Origin: Anaerohalosphaeraceae bacterium
Lineage (GTDB): Bacteria; Planctomycetota; Phycisphaerae; Sedimentisphaerales; Anaerohalosphaeraceae
Direction of reading: 5' to 3'
DNA: 64,000 bases
Assembly (NCBI GenBank): GCA_963675525.2
Contig: CAXXSL010000013.1
Span: 192,001-256,000 of the forward strand
This document shows positions 39,459-50,000 of the stretch, piece after piece (the stretch's first letter is position 1; each line of letters opens with the position of its first letter). The notes below the pieces were generated by a model. That model ran no database searches. It was not told where the DNA came from and saw only the letters and a program-made list of their open reading frames with translations. The position numbers and the translations under genes were made by a program.

Positions 39459-40514
39459 TCAGGCATTCATTTGAGACATATATTTAGCCCCGCATCGGTG
39501 GCAGACCGGCAATGGCTGCAGTCTTCTGAATTTCCGGAAACGCTCAGCCGCGGGGCTGTTCCAAACGGCCTCAATAGTAGACTCTTTTACATTGCCGAAA
39601 GAATAGTCGGGAAAATCGATGCAGAAGTTTGCCTCGCCGGAAGGCTGAATATCGATCAGGCTTTCAACATTTCCGCACTGGGCGGACCTGACTGCGGCCG
39701 CCGGATCGCTGAACCAGAGTATGTACTCCTCCTCTGAAAAATCCATATAAGGAAAATTTTGGATACCCCGCAGATTTGCTAAGTATTTGCGATGCTGCTC
39801 ACAGAAATACGCCACATCGATGCCTGACTGTTCGTGATGAAAGCCGCTCCAGGAAAAGGCAGAGCACCCGAAATGGGTTTTCAGTATCCGGTCATATTCG
39901 TTTCCGATTCGCTCGGGTATATAGTAATAGGGAACAATGCAAACGGTATCGATGGAAAGAGCACGGGCAACATCCGGCATATCAGCCAGCCCCGGAAGGG
40001 AGACAGGAGTAATTGTAAAATTGATGCTTTTACTGATATGGCGGCCGGTTCGTTTTTCAAGCTCATTTAAAGATTCCACACCTTCGCGCATCTTTTGAAA
40101 ACAACCCGCAACACCTCGAACCTGTTCATGGATTGGTTCAGGGCCGTCCACTGATATTGTCAAATGCAGGTTTTCCAGATGAACCAGCTCAGCAGCATAT
40201 CGACTCAAAAGCGTTCCGTTGGTATCAATTGCGATAAAGATGCCTCGGGCGGCAATGTACTCCAGTAACTCAATGATCCGGCCAAACAGAAAGGGCTCAC
40301 CGCCGCGAAGCAGGACCGCTCCCGCTGAATGATCGGCGCACTCATCGATCAGGCGTTTCCAGTCTGATAATGACATGGCAGACTGGGTATCGATTGTTTT
40401 TCGGCGCATATAGCCCTCAGGACTCCATTGCCCGCACATGGTACAGTGCAAATTACAGGCATTGGTCAGGGTCAACGATATATGGCGAGGGAATTCCACT
40501 GTCTTTTCACTCAA
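39459..40514 (-). CDS. Radical SAM protein with SPASM/twitch domain
   Basis: CNLHCTMC, GGEP, DTNG, ISVDG and C-terminal C...FC...FGNV...WNS...CHRC. Confidence 0.93.
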   Translation of the reverse strand: MSEKTVEFPRHISLTLTNACNLHCTMCGQWSPEGYMRRKTIDTQSAMSLSDWKRLIDECADHSAGAVLLRGGEPFLFGRIIELLEYIAARGIFIAIDTNGTLLSRYAAELVHLENLHLTISVDGPEPIHEQVRGVAGCFQKMREGVESLNELEKRTGRHISKSINFTITPVSLPGLADMPDVARALSIDTVCIVPYYYIPERIGNEYDRILKTHFGCSAFSWSGFHHEQSGIDVAYFCEQHRKYLANLRGIQNFPYMDFSEEEYILWFSDPAAAVRSAQCGNVESLIDIQPSGEANFCIDFPDYSFGNVKESTIEAVWNSPAAERFRKFRRLQPLPVCHRCGAKYMSQMNA

Positions 40515-40589
40515 CTGATCGGTTAATATTGTTTTTGATAGACTCTGATCCGGTCATTTTTCCATTCAGGTTGTTCGCAATCTTCGATT

Positions 40590-41660
40590 CTAGTGCCGCA
40601 TAAACCGATCAAACACGCCGATCACGGGCAAGGCATTGCCGTCCGCATCGAACATCCCCCTGCTGCTGATACCGCTTCGCAGATTGACGGCCGGCTCCCA
40701 CCAGAAAACCCCTTTGCCTCGATTGTCCGGCGTACTGAGCACGATGCGATGGACCTCGTCCAGAAACTGCCGCTGGCCTTCGGGCGTTTCGGGAAACGGC
40801 GCCGGCTTGTCTTTGTATTCCGCGGGCCGCCAGTTGTAGGCCGCCTCGACAACAATAATATCCTTTTTATAGGTATTGGCCATGAAAATCAGATTCTCCC
40901 GCAGGTCCAGCAAAGACCCATGCCACCAGGGATAGTAAGACTGCCCGATGATGTCATACTCGACGCCGTAGCTGTGCAACTTGTCGAAAAAGTACTTCGT
41001 GCGGATCTTGTTGCCGCCCTGGTCAATATGAATCATAATTTTCGGACACGTTTTCTCATCCGCAGCCGCCTTGACCCCACGGATGCCGGCCTTGACCAGT
41101 TCCGCAAAATTTTCCCAGTTGGCGGGGATCTTCCCGTCGGGCCACATCATCCCATTGATGATCTCGTTACCGATCTGCACCATATCCGGCGTCACATCTG
41201 CTTGGCGAAAGGCGATCAGTGTATCCCGCGTGTATTCAAAGACCGCCTCAACCAACTCTTCATGCGACTTGCCTTCCCATGCCTTCGGCGTGTATTGCTT
41301 GGCTGGATCGGCCCATGTGTCGGAGTAATGAAAATCCAGCAGGAACTTGTACCCCATCACCTTGGCTTCTTTGGCCAATGCGATGGTATACTCCAGGTCA
41401 TTCGGCAACCGCGTCGGTGTGTGGAACAGTCGAAGGCGAATCCAGTTATAGCCATGATCCTTGAATAACTGAAGCCCCGGCTTGACCTGTCCGTTGTCTT
41501 TAAATGCGATTCCTGCTTCTTCGGCCTGTTTGAGAAACGACAGATCGGCGCCGACAGCATAGTCGGCCGCGAACACAACATCCGTCAGCGATACCTGGAC
41601 CACAAATGCGATGAGGATAATCCGTAAAAATCGTCCGATGTTAAGGTTGCCGGTCACCAT
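40590..41660 (-). CDS. Endo-beta-1,4-galactanase (GH53)
   Basis: GADLSF, IRLRLF, LLDFHYSDTWADP.KQ..P.AW, MVQIGNEI, GQSYYPWW, GVFWWEP. Confidence 0.95.
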   Translation of the reverse strand: MVTGNLNIGRFLRIILIAFVVQVSLTDVVFAADYAVGADLSFLKQAEEAGIAFKDNGQVKPGLQLFKDHGYNWIRLRLFHTPTRLPNDLEYTIALAKEAKVMGYKFLLDFHYSDTWADPAKQYTPKAWEGKSHEELVEAVFEYTRDTLIAFRQADVTPDMVQIGNEIINGMMWPDGKIPANWENFAELVKAGIRGVKAAADEKTCPKIMIHIDQGGNKIRTKYFFDKLHSYGVEYDIIGQSYYPWWHGSLLDLRENLIFMANTYKKDIIVVEAAYNWRPAEYKDKPAPFPETPEGQRQFLDEVHRIVLSTPDNRGKGVFWWEPAVNLRSGISSRGMFDADGNALPVIGVFDRFMRH

Positions 41661-42028
41661 ATGAAACTCCTTTCAAAGATTAGCGCCATTCAAAAGAATC
41701 CTGCATGTTTTACCACAGTCTGCAAATCATTCCAAATAAAAACGCTGTCTCATATTGATTTCCACCCAAACGGGGTCTAATTAGCCGTGTTTCTTGCCGG
41801 ATGGCCGCACGGGGTGAATTAGTAAATAAATCACAGATATTTTCGGGTAATTGATGGCAAAAACAGCACGATACGAACAAATTTCAGTCTGATGGACTTA
41901 TCAAAAAGTAACTCAAATCCCTATGATAAAGAATGTACAAAATGAGGTGTGCGAAATAACGTAAACCGGTGCTAAAAAGGGCCGGCTCTGTTCTTTAAAG
42001 TCTTGATACATTTGGGAAAATTAAAACA

Positions 42029-43063
42029 ATGTTAAGTCCAATTACAAAACGCAAATCGTTAAATGAGATTGTAAAAAATGCATACGCTGAAAATAAGCGC
42101 CTCGCGGTCCCGTTAGTCGGTTTTCCGGGGTGTGACCTACTGGGCATATCCATCAAAGTGGCCCAGCAGAATCACGGCGTGCATTATAACTGTATCGAAG
42201 CGCTGGTCTATCAATTGAAACCCGACGCGGCGTTTATGATGATGGATTTATCCGTTGAGGCCAACGCGCTGGGGCTGCCGGTACGCTTTCCGATACACGA
42301 GTCCAGCACGGTAGAGCATCACCCCGTGGAAACCATCGAAGACCTCGACAAATTCCGATGCATCAACATCTTGCAGGATGCACGGGTGCAGTCGTATATC
42401 AAAACCGTTGAAATGATGCGAACGGGACTGCCGGACGATGTCCTCGTCGGCGCCTATGTCGTCGGGCCGGTCACCCTGGCCGGATTGCTGGGCGGCGCCC
42501 AGCAGATCGCGATGGACTCGGTACTGGACCCGGAGAAACTCGACGTGTTGTGCCAATTCAGCACCAGCATTATACAGGATTACTCACGGGCATTGATCAA
42601 CGCCGGCACGGACATGCTCTGTGTACTGGAACCGACGGCCGTTATTCTGGGGCCGAAGCAATTCGAACGTTTCAGCGCCGCCTATGTCAGGCACATCATC
42701 GAAAGTTATAAATACGCCGGCGTAGATACGGTTTATCATACATGCGGCAATACCATGCATCTGATTGAGGCGATGGCTAAATCCGGCGTGGCGGCCCTGA
42801 GTCTGGATTCACCTGAAACCGGGGTGGACTTGGTCAAGGCCGCCCAAAAGGCCGGCGAAGAGGTTGTCATTATGGGAAATATCAATCCGACCGCAGTCAT
42901 GAAAGACGGTTCGGTCGACGATGTCAAACAGGCGTGCAGCAAGCTGCTCAACGACATGAGAGACTATCCGAATTTCCTACTGAGCACCGGATGCGATTTG
43001 CCGCCGGGAGTGCCGCTGGAAAATATGCAGGCCCTGATGCAAACGGTCAGAGAATTCAAATAA
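42029..43063 (+). CDS. Uroporphyrinogen decarboxylase / MtaA-CmuA methyltransferase family protein
   Basis: DLSVEANALG, GPVTLAG, Zn-type YHTCG, MGNINP and LSTGCDLP. Confidence 0.88.
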   Translation: MLSPITKRKSLNEIVKNAYAENKRLAVPLVGFPGCDLLGISIKVAQQNHGVHYNCIEALVYQLKPDAAFMMMDLSVEANALGLPVRFPIHESSTVEHHPVETIEDLDKFRCINILQDARVQSYIKTVEMMRTGLPDDVLVGAYVVGPVTLAGLLGGAQQIAMDSVLDPEKLDVLCQFSTSIIQDYSRALINAGTDMLCVLEPTAVILGPKQFERFSAAYVRHIIESYKYAGVDTVYHTCGNTMHLIEAMAKSGVAALSLDSPETGVDLVKAAQKAGEEVVIMGNINPTAVMKDGSVDDVKQACSKLLNDMRDYPNFLLSTGCDLPPGVPLENMQALMQTVREFK

Positions 43064-43297
43064 GCCCCGCAAACACAATCAGAAAAAGCGTTGTAAGCCG
43101 TTGGCACAAAAAGCGTTTCGATTCTAACGGGACCCTTTCGCTCCGGTTTATGACAGAATCCGGAAAAATTACGGAAATATACATTTTCATATTTTTCGCT
43201 GGACAAGAGGCTTGCAAATGGCTATAGTGTTTGATTCTCATCATGTCGAGAACGTATACAAACACAAATTTAAACAGGAAATTTGGGAAAGTGAACA

Positions 43298-43537
43298 ATG
43301 GCACATAAAAAGGGACAAGGATCTTCGAGAAACGGACGAGACAGTAATCCGCAATATCGTGGTGTGAAAATTTATGGGGGGCAATTCGCCAAAGCCGGAG
43401 CGATCCTCGTGCGTCAGTGCGGGACAAAGTTTCATGCCGGTTTTAACGTGGGTATGGGCAAAGACTGCACTCTTTTCGCCAAAACAGACGGTACTGTCAA
43501 ATTCAGAGGCAAAAAAATCGATATTATTGAAAATTAA
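43298..43537 (+). CDS. rpmA: 50S ribosomal protein L27
   Basis: [36 protein letters not shown]. Confidence 0.99.
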   Translation: MAHKKGQGSSRNGRDSNPQYRGVKIYGGQFAKAGAILVRQCGTKFHAGFNVGMGKDCTLFAKTDGTVKFRGKKIDIIEN

Positions 43538-43863
43538 GGCCTTGAGACCGCCGGCCATTCGGCGGTTTTAGCCATATAGAGATATTTAAAGGGCTCTGGT
43601 TTAAAAATCAGGGCTTTTTTTTCGCTTTTTTGATACATACGGCAGCGACCAAACCGTAATATCGAACAAATACATCGAATCAATAAGCCAGATACTCGAA
43701 GTTCCGATAACAAGCTTGTTTTTATTGCTATTTGTTAAAAAAGCTAAAAAACGGTTTTTTTTTTATTTTATTCGTCAATTTTCACCCAAAATTGATATAA
43801 TATTATAGATTCATCAAGAAAAAGAGAAAAGAGAAAACCGAAGAAACATAAAGAGGTCGATTA

Positions 43864-44085
43864 ATGATTAAATTCAGTTGTACGAGTTGTGCGCAAACTT
43901 ACCGCGTATCGGATGAATATGCTGGTAAGAAGGTAAGATGTAAATCATGCAGCAGTGTTAACATAATCCCACAACCTGAAAAAGAAAAAGTAGAGTGCGG
44001 GGATAGTGTTGCAGCTTACAATGATCTGCTGCAAGAGTTACTGAAAGCAGAAAAACACTCCCCTACCGTAGACGTTGAGCCTTGA
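43864..44085 (+). CDS. Small zinc-ribbon protein
   Basis: MIKFSCTSC...AGKKVRCKSC pattern. Confidence 0.8.
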   Translation: MIKFSCTSCAQTYRVSDEYAGKKVRCKSCSSVNIIPQPEKEKVECGDSVAAYNDLLQELLKAEKHSPTVDVEP

Positions 44086-44233
44086 TTTTTGCCTCATTCT
44101 GATGCACCCCCTGTATTCTGATCGAGGAGGGTTGGGGGAGACGTTGGGGTATAAAAATTAATTTTCTCCATAGACTTTCGCCCATTTCCTTTCTACTATT
44201 TAATCTTTAATTTAACCAGAGACCAGAGAATCT

Positions 44234-44953
44234 ATGCGAATTGTCCGTTTTTACTGTGAATCTGTTGATCAATCCTGCATTCTGGACCCGATCGAGTCGA
44301 ACCATGCCAGCCGGGTCCTGAGGCTGCCGGTTGGTGCGCCGGTGGAAGTCTTTGACGGCAAAGGAACGTTGGCCGAAGGAACGATCGAGCAAATCAGCCG
44401 GGACAAAGTCGTCATCAAGCCCAGCCGCATTACACAGGCAACCGCTTGTGAACAGCCGAAGATCATTCTGGCGGTCAGTTTTGCCAAGGGACAGCGGTTT
44501 GACTGGCTGGTCGAGAAATGTACCGAATTGGGTGTCGATCACATTGCCGCGGTTCAATTTGAACGCACGGTCAAATTAGGCAAAGCAGAAACGGTACAGC
44601 GGCTGTCTAAAATCACGATTTCCGCCGCCAAACAATCGGGGCGTCTTTTCCTGCCCATCTTAACAGGTCCGGCAAAACTAAATGAAACCATCTCATTTTT
44701 GCAGTCCGAATATCCGGAAAGCATGCTCATCTACGGAAGCCCCGATGGGCAGGCCTTTTCCCAACTGACCCAACTGCCGCAGCCGGAAAACATCATTGTC
44801 CTGATCGGCCCGGAAGGCGGGTTCACCGAACAGGAAGCCGAATACTTTGACGGCCTGAAAGCCCGGCCTGTCTGTATCCATCCCAATATCCTTCGGGTTG
44901 AAACAGCGGCGGTCGCATTCTGCTCGCTTCTGTCCTGGGCATACATATCGTAA
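44234..44953 (+). CDS. rsmE: 16S rRNA m3U1498 methyltransferase
   Basis: H..RVLRL, KCTELGV, AAKQSGR, IGPEGGFT, ILRVETAA. Confidence 0.97.
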   Translation: MRIVRFYCESVDQSCILDPIESNHASRVLRLPVGAPVEVFDGKGTLAEGTIEQISRDKVVIKPSRITQATACEQPKIILAVSFAKGQRFDWLVEKCTELGVDHIAAVQFERTVKLGKAETVQRLSKITISAAKQSGRLFLPILTGPAKLNETISFLQSEYPESMLIYGSPDGQAFSQLTQLPQPENIIVLIGPEGGFTEQEAEYFDGLKARPVCIHPNILRVETAAVAFCSLLSWAYIS

Positions 44954-45063
44954 ATCGTTCTGACTTTTCAGCTGTAAATTTCTCTTTAACTGTTTTTTTG
45001 CACCAACCCGAACTCCGTTTCATCGTATTAAAGATTGAAAGGGTTTAATATCGGGAGCGGATT

Positions 45064-45831
45064 ATGGACAAGTACGAAAATGACAGCCGAGCCGAGGAAT
45101 TAACCTGTTTTTTGATGAAACTCGATAAATCCAGGAACGTGGCGGGACTTCGCAAGCAGGCCAATCGCCTGATCTCGCATGTCACCCCGGACGATATCGA
45201 AAAAGCTGAAAGCAAGCTGGTTCAGATCGGTCTGCCGGTCAAGAAAATCCAGCAGCTTTCAACCTCGTTTGTTCTCATGGGTATTCTTGAAGGGAATGCC
45301 GACGCGCTGCAGCCTCGCCTGCCGGAGAGTCATATCCTGCGAAAAGTGATGGCCGAACATGAGATGATGCGATGTTTTATCGCGGACCTGGAAGATGTCG
45401 CATCTCGAATTCAGCAGAAAGAAAAACTGTCGCCCACCAGCAGCGAGTTCATGCGCCTGTCGCATATTACCGAACACCTGAATTCCCTCGAGGAACATAT
45501 GGACCGCGAAAACGACGTGCTGTTTCCGGTCTTAAGAGAACTCGGGTGGAAGAGCCTGTTCGACCATGTCGAAAGCGAACACACCTATATTCTCATGTCC
45601 GTTCGGGATCTGGTCAAGCTCGTTATGGCGTTTGATAAGATGCCGTTTAATAACTTTAAAACCCGCCTGATGGCCACCGTGCGCTATCTCGGGCCGATGC
45701 TGCGAGAGCACCTGTTTCGGGAGGACCGGGCGATCTTTCCGCTGGCCATATCAATGGTTCAGGATGAAGCCGTCTGGAAAAAACTGCGAACCATCTGTAA
45801 CGAGATCGACTACTGCGGCATCCATCTGTAA
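45064..45831 (+). CDS. DUF438/hemerythrin-domain protein
   Basis: LPESHIL..VMAEH, HMDRENDVLFP, EH and EHLFREDRAIFP hemerythrin-like motifs. Confidence 0.8.
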   Translation: MDKYENDSRAEELTCFLMKLDKSRNVAGLRKQANRLISHVTPDDIEKAESKLVQIGLPVKKIQQLSTSFVLMGILEGNADALQPRLPESHILRKVMAEHEMMRCFIADLEDVASRIQQKEKLSPTSSEFMRLSHITEHLNSLEEHMDRENDVLFPVLRELGWKSLFDHVESEHTYILMSVRDLVKLVMAFDKMPFNNFKTRLMATVRYLGPMLREHLFREDRAIFPLAISMVQDEAVWKKLRTICNEIDYCGIHL

Positions 45832-46025
45832 AAAACGCCTGCGGCAAGAAGAATAACTTACCACAGGCGGCAGAAGGAGCCTTGGTAGATATTCTTAGGA
45901 TTTTCTTTTTGGTTTTACGCTCTATATCTCAATACCTTCAATAGACCCCTTCTATTTAAGGCACCCATCCGTAGCCGGGTGCTGTCGGGATTTACCGATC
46001 TACACACAAGAAGTAACCCGTTTTT

Positions 46026-46559
46026 TTAATTTTCTTGTTCAAGCATTGGTTCCAGCCGTTGAAGCTGCTGGTAAAAATTGTCAATCCGGGTTTCCATCGA
46101 GTTGTTTGCCATAGATGCACTGGCGGAACTCAAATTCATTAAGGCCGCTAATCGTTGAAGCCCGATATTGGTTCGCAACGTGTTTGGGTCCTTAATCAAC
46201 ACAGAGTAATCCAGCGATTGATAAGGTACAGCAAACGGTTCGGCAGGCCGCGGGGGGCGGTGAATTTTTAGGTCCTCCCGGAGTTCAAAGTTTTGTCCGG
46301 GAAGCTGAACCGGCATTGGTTCCAGATTGTATTTGTTTTCTAATACGCTGATCGTTTTTTCCAAATGCCGTCGAAGCCATGCTGTCTGTTGGGAAAGTTC
46401 ATGGCACCGCCGGTATTGTGTTTCGGCTGCGAAGGCCAACGAATCTGCGGCGTTGCGAGTAATTGTGTTTTGCTTGGATAACTGTGTGGCACGATACAAT
46501 AACACCGACTGTACCACAGCGGCAATGACCAAAACAGTTATTACAATATTTTTTCGCAT
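46026..46559 (-). CDS. Hypothetical membrane-anchored protein
   Basis: N-terminal TM and SD AAGGA; third gene of a tight operon. Confidence 0.7.
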   Translation of the reverse strand: MRKNIVITVLVIAAVVQSVLLYRATQLSKQNTITRNAADSLAFAAETQYRRCHELSQQTAWLRRHLEKTISVLENKYNLEPMPVQLPGQNFELREDLKIHRPPRPAEPFAVPYQSLDYSVLIKDPNTLRTNIGLQRLAALMNLSSASASMANNSMETRIDNFYQQLQRLEPMLEQEN

Positions 46560-46575
46560 AACATGTCCTTTTGTT

Positions 46576-47067
46576 TTATTTAAAAACAGGTGTTATCGCC
46601 AAATAAGTGATTGTGTTAAGCAGACCCACAATAGCACCGGCTAAAAACGCCCGCCGAAGCGTAATCTTAAACAGCATTCTCCATGACAGAACATTCAGGG
46701 ACACAAACAGCACAAACGCACAGAAAGACAAAAATAATAGTGGGTCTGGCCGAAAAATAAAAAAATTGTCTCGTGCGGTGAAAAAATTAGCCGAATGGGA
46801 CAAGTTTGTTGTAATACCGGAAATAACTATGCCGGGAGCGACAACCAGAGCAAGATAGACCGCAAGTTTCCAGAAAGCAAATTCTTTGAATTTCCGGAGA
46901 ATCCAGCAACCGGCGAGGAAAGAAATCCCACCTACTATCAAATATAAATAGATAGCCACAAGAGAGTACCGCATACGCATTATTGGCGGGTACACTAGGA
47001 GTCCGAGCAACCCTAATACAATGCAGGCCGATAGGCTCCAAGGCCAGTAAATATTGTCCTTTTTCAT
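46576..47067 (-). CDS. Hypothetical 5-TM membrane protein
   Basis: Hydrophobic 163-aa ORF starting 15 bp after the large gene. Confidence 0.75.
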   Translation of the reverse strand: MKKDNIYWPWSLSACIVLGLLGLLVYPPIMRMRYSLVAIYLYLIVGGISFLAGCWILRKFKEFAFWKLAVYLALVVAPGIVISGITTNLSHSANFFTARDNFFIFRPDPLLFLSFCAFVLFVSLNVLSWRMLFKITLRRAFLAGAIVGLLNTITYLAITPVFK

Positions 47068-47082
47068 ACTATTCCTTTCCGT

Positions 47083-50000
47083 TTAAGGGTTTGAACGTAT
47101 TCTAAAGTTTTGTGGATCGCCTTGGCCTTTTATCCGGTAATTATAGGCCGGATCGTCGGGACCGAAGCTATCCTGTTGCCATATTGCCTCTAAAACCGCC
47201 CAATATAATTCTTCTCCATTACCGAGAGCTTCCCATTCTTGACGGCTGAATTGTTGGAAGTCGGTTTCAGGCCAAAAACGGGACCAACTTTCACAGAACC
47301 ACCCTTGATAAAATCGGCTTTCACTGGTATTTGTCAGTCCACATGCAACACTCATATCATTATGCACAAAGTCGAAAAGGCTTTGTTCTCCACTTCCGCC
47401 CCACATCAAAAGGCCGGTGCCAGAGTCAATGGTTAAATGTGCTCCTAAGCAACTGTCATTAAAGAAAAAGCGAAGATCGGTAAACCCCATTGTAACAAAA
47501 CTTTTCAACGTTGTTTCTTTACGTCCCGGCAAAGGGTCCTTGCACCATGTAGGGGGTGTCCCCACAAAGTCACTTGCTTTGGCAGATACACAATCCACGT
47601 CGGCCAGTGCAACAAACGTTCTAAGTACGCCATTCATTCCGTCTTGTACTGCTGAATTTCCATGTGAATCAATGTAAAGGTATTTAAGTTGTGGGGCATA
47701 TTTAGCAATATTTGCGTAGGTTGCGGCCTTGCCGTTTAATCTCAAATATTTTACTCCTCTGTTTTCAAAGGCCGTTTTAACGGCATTGTAAGTTGAGCCG
47801 TTTCTCCAACTCAAAGACCGATACGGCGTAACGATCAATGCTATGATATTCGGGTCCGGCGTCGAGAGTGCGGGCAGTGCTGCGGTAGTTGTTTTTAAAA
47901 CATTCGCCCCGCTATTCGATCTAAATTCAACGGTTCCAATACCATAATCAGTTGCGATATTGGCCGGAATAGAGCCGCTAATTGAATTTCCGTCAAATAC
48001 CTGTGACCATACTAATATGCCACTGTCTGCATAGACATTTATCGACGAGGCAACATTGGGTTCTGTTGTGTAAGCCGCAAACGGTATTGGTTCGTTAGTC
48101 TCATAACTGTCTGGCAGGATACAGTAACTTAATGTAGATGGAAATGTAATGTCTGTTAAATGGGAGGCTGTGATATGACCATCGTAATCCATTGCGATCA
48201 ATTTCAGTTGTTGGGGCAAGCTCCCACATTCTGAAATATCAATCTCCAAAGGCCGCTCGTCATTCAAAACAGGTATTTTTCCGACATATCGACCACTGAG
48301 AAACACAAAAACGTCTTGTATTTTTGGGGTCAACCCATCGGCATCAACTTCAATCCATCCGTTATCAGGGTCGCCGGAAATTATCGGAATAATATTGGGT
48401 TCAGCCGGTGCTGCTTTCCATGTTTGAGCCATGATTGCAAAATCAGCTAAATCCACATAGCTATCATCATTCCAGTCCCCACCGAACGTGACAAAATTCG
48501 GGTCAATCCAAAGTTCGGGGTGATTCGGGTCGTAGATATACAGGTTCGGGTTAATATAGCCCGGACTGTTTGGCTCAAACGGTGAATACTCTAACCAATA
48601 ATCGCTAATCTCAATCAAGTCGTCAATATCAGTACCCGCAATCCCTTCGCCGCCGACATAATCCCACATTGAATGATGAAAGCCAAGGTCAACTATATCC
48701 TTGTCCGGGACATTATCAGCATTCGTCTTGGTGCCGATCAATTTACTCCGCTCGATGTACTGCAATCCAGCGTCCACAAAATCCGCATCGTCAATAAGGT
48801 AGTGGTGTTGGTATGGGTCTAAGATGTAAGGATAATATGGGTTGGTTTCCGTGACAACCGGATTGTATTCGTCGAATTCCCAATTCTTGTTGTAATCATT
48901 GTCAAAGTATCCTGTACTGATAACCAAAGCGTACATAGCACCATCGACCAAATTCAAGCCGTAGTTGTCATTGCTGGTTACGATATTGTTGGTTAAATAT
49001 ATCGTCGGGATACCAGAACTATTTGGATCCGCCACACCATGGACGGTAATACCACAACACGTATAACCATAACCATCGCAAGTATTGTGTTCAATTTTGG
49101 CGGCATGGTTCAAATCAGCAAAGCCATTCGGGTCAGGGCATAATTCGATTTCAATAGCCGCTTGGTCCTGATAGAAACACAGGTTGTTGCGAACATCGGT
49201 CAGCAAAGGTCCATACTCATAGACTCCCCACACATTGCCGAATAGGTAATTGTTTTCGATGGGTTGACTCAAACGAATGTTATTCGTTATTACACCTCCG
49301 ATTGCACCCTCTATCATACAATACTGTATAGTCGTTAGCGGCGAAGCGGTTTCTTCAACATAAATCGGGCAGTGATAGTAAGGACCATAAGAACCATAGA
49401 CTTGCCAATAATAACCGATATTATCCGGGCAGTCAAAGAAAACCCAATCCGGGGTAAAAACAATCGGTTTGTCTGGTGTACCTTTGGCAATTAAAGTACC
49501 ACCATCACTGACATGCAACCCGGACTGATACCCCATGATAACAGTTGTACCCGGTTCAATCACAAGCAAAGAATTAACATCGACGATGTACCAGTTGTTC
49601 GGGTCACCCACGATATAGTAAATATTGTTCGCGTCCCACACATGATTTTCTGTAATGTCTGAATCAATGACATAGACATTTGGTTCCGAATCAAGCATTT
49701 CTAACATCGCAACTTGTTGGGACCATTCGGCGAAACTGTCCACCTCATCACGCATCAAACCGCTTGAAGCAGCAGGACATTGTAAAAAGACAGGTTCTGG
49801 CTCATTCGGTTCTATTACAGGCGGTAATATCATGGATTCGCTGTCAAAATCCAGTGATTCAAGGGAACTGGCCTCAAGCGATTCGGTGGTTGATTTCTCC
49901 TCAAGTGGCGGCTCATACGAAAGCGAGTCATAGTTGACACCAAAAACCACAACTCTGTCATCATCCATGTCAAACAAGATAAGTTGATAGATTTCAGTAT

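Noticed and set aside
43298..43537. rpmA without rplU as a novelty
   Set aside because: Separation of rplU and rpmA is a minor gene-order variant, and this L27 is canonical with no N-terminal extension.
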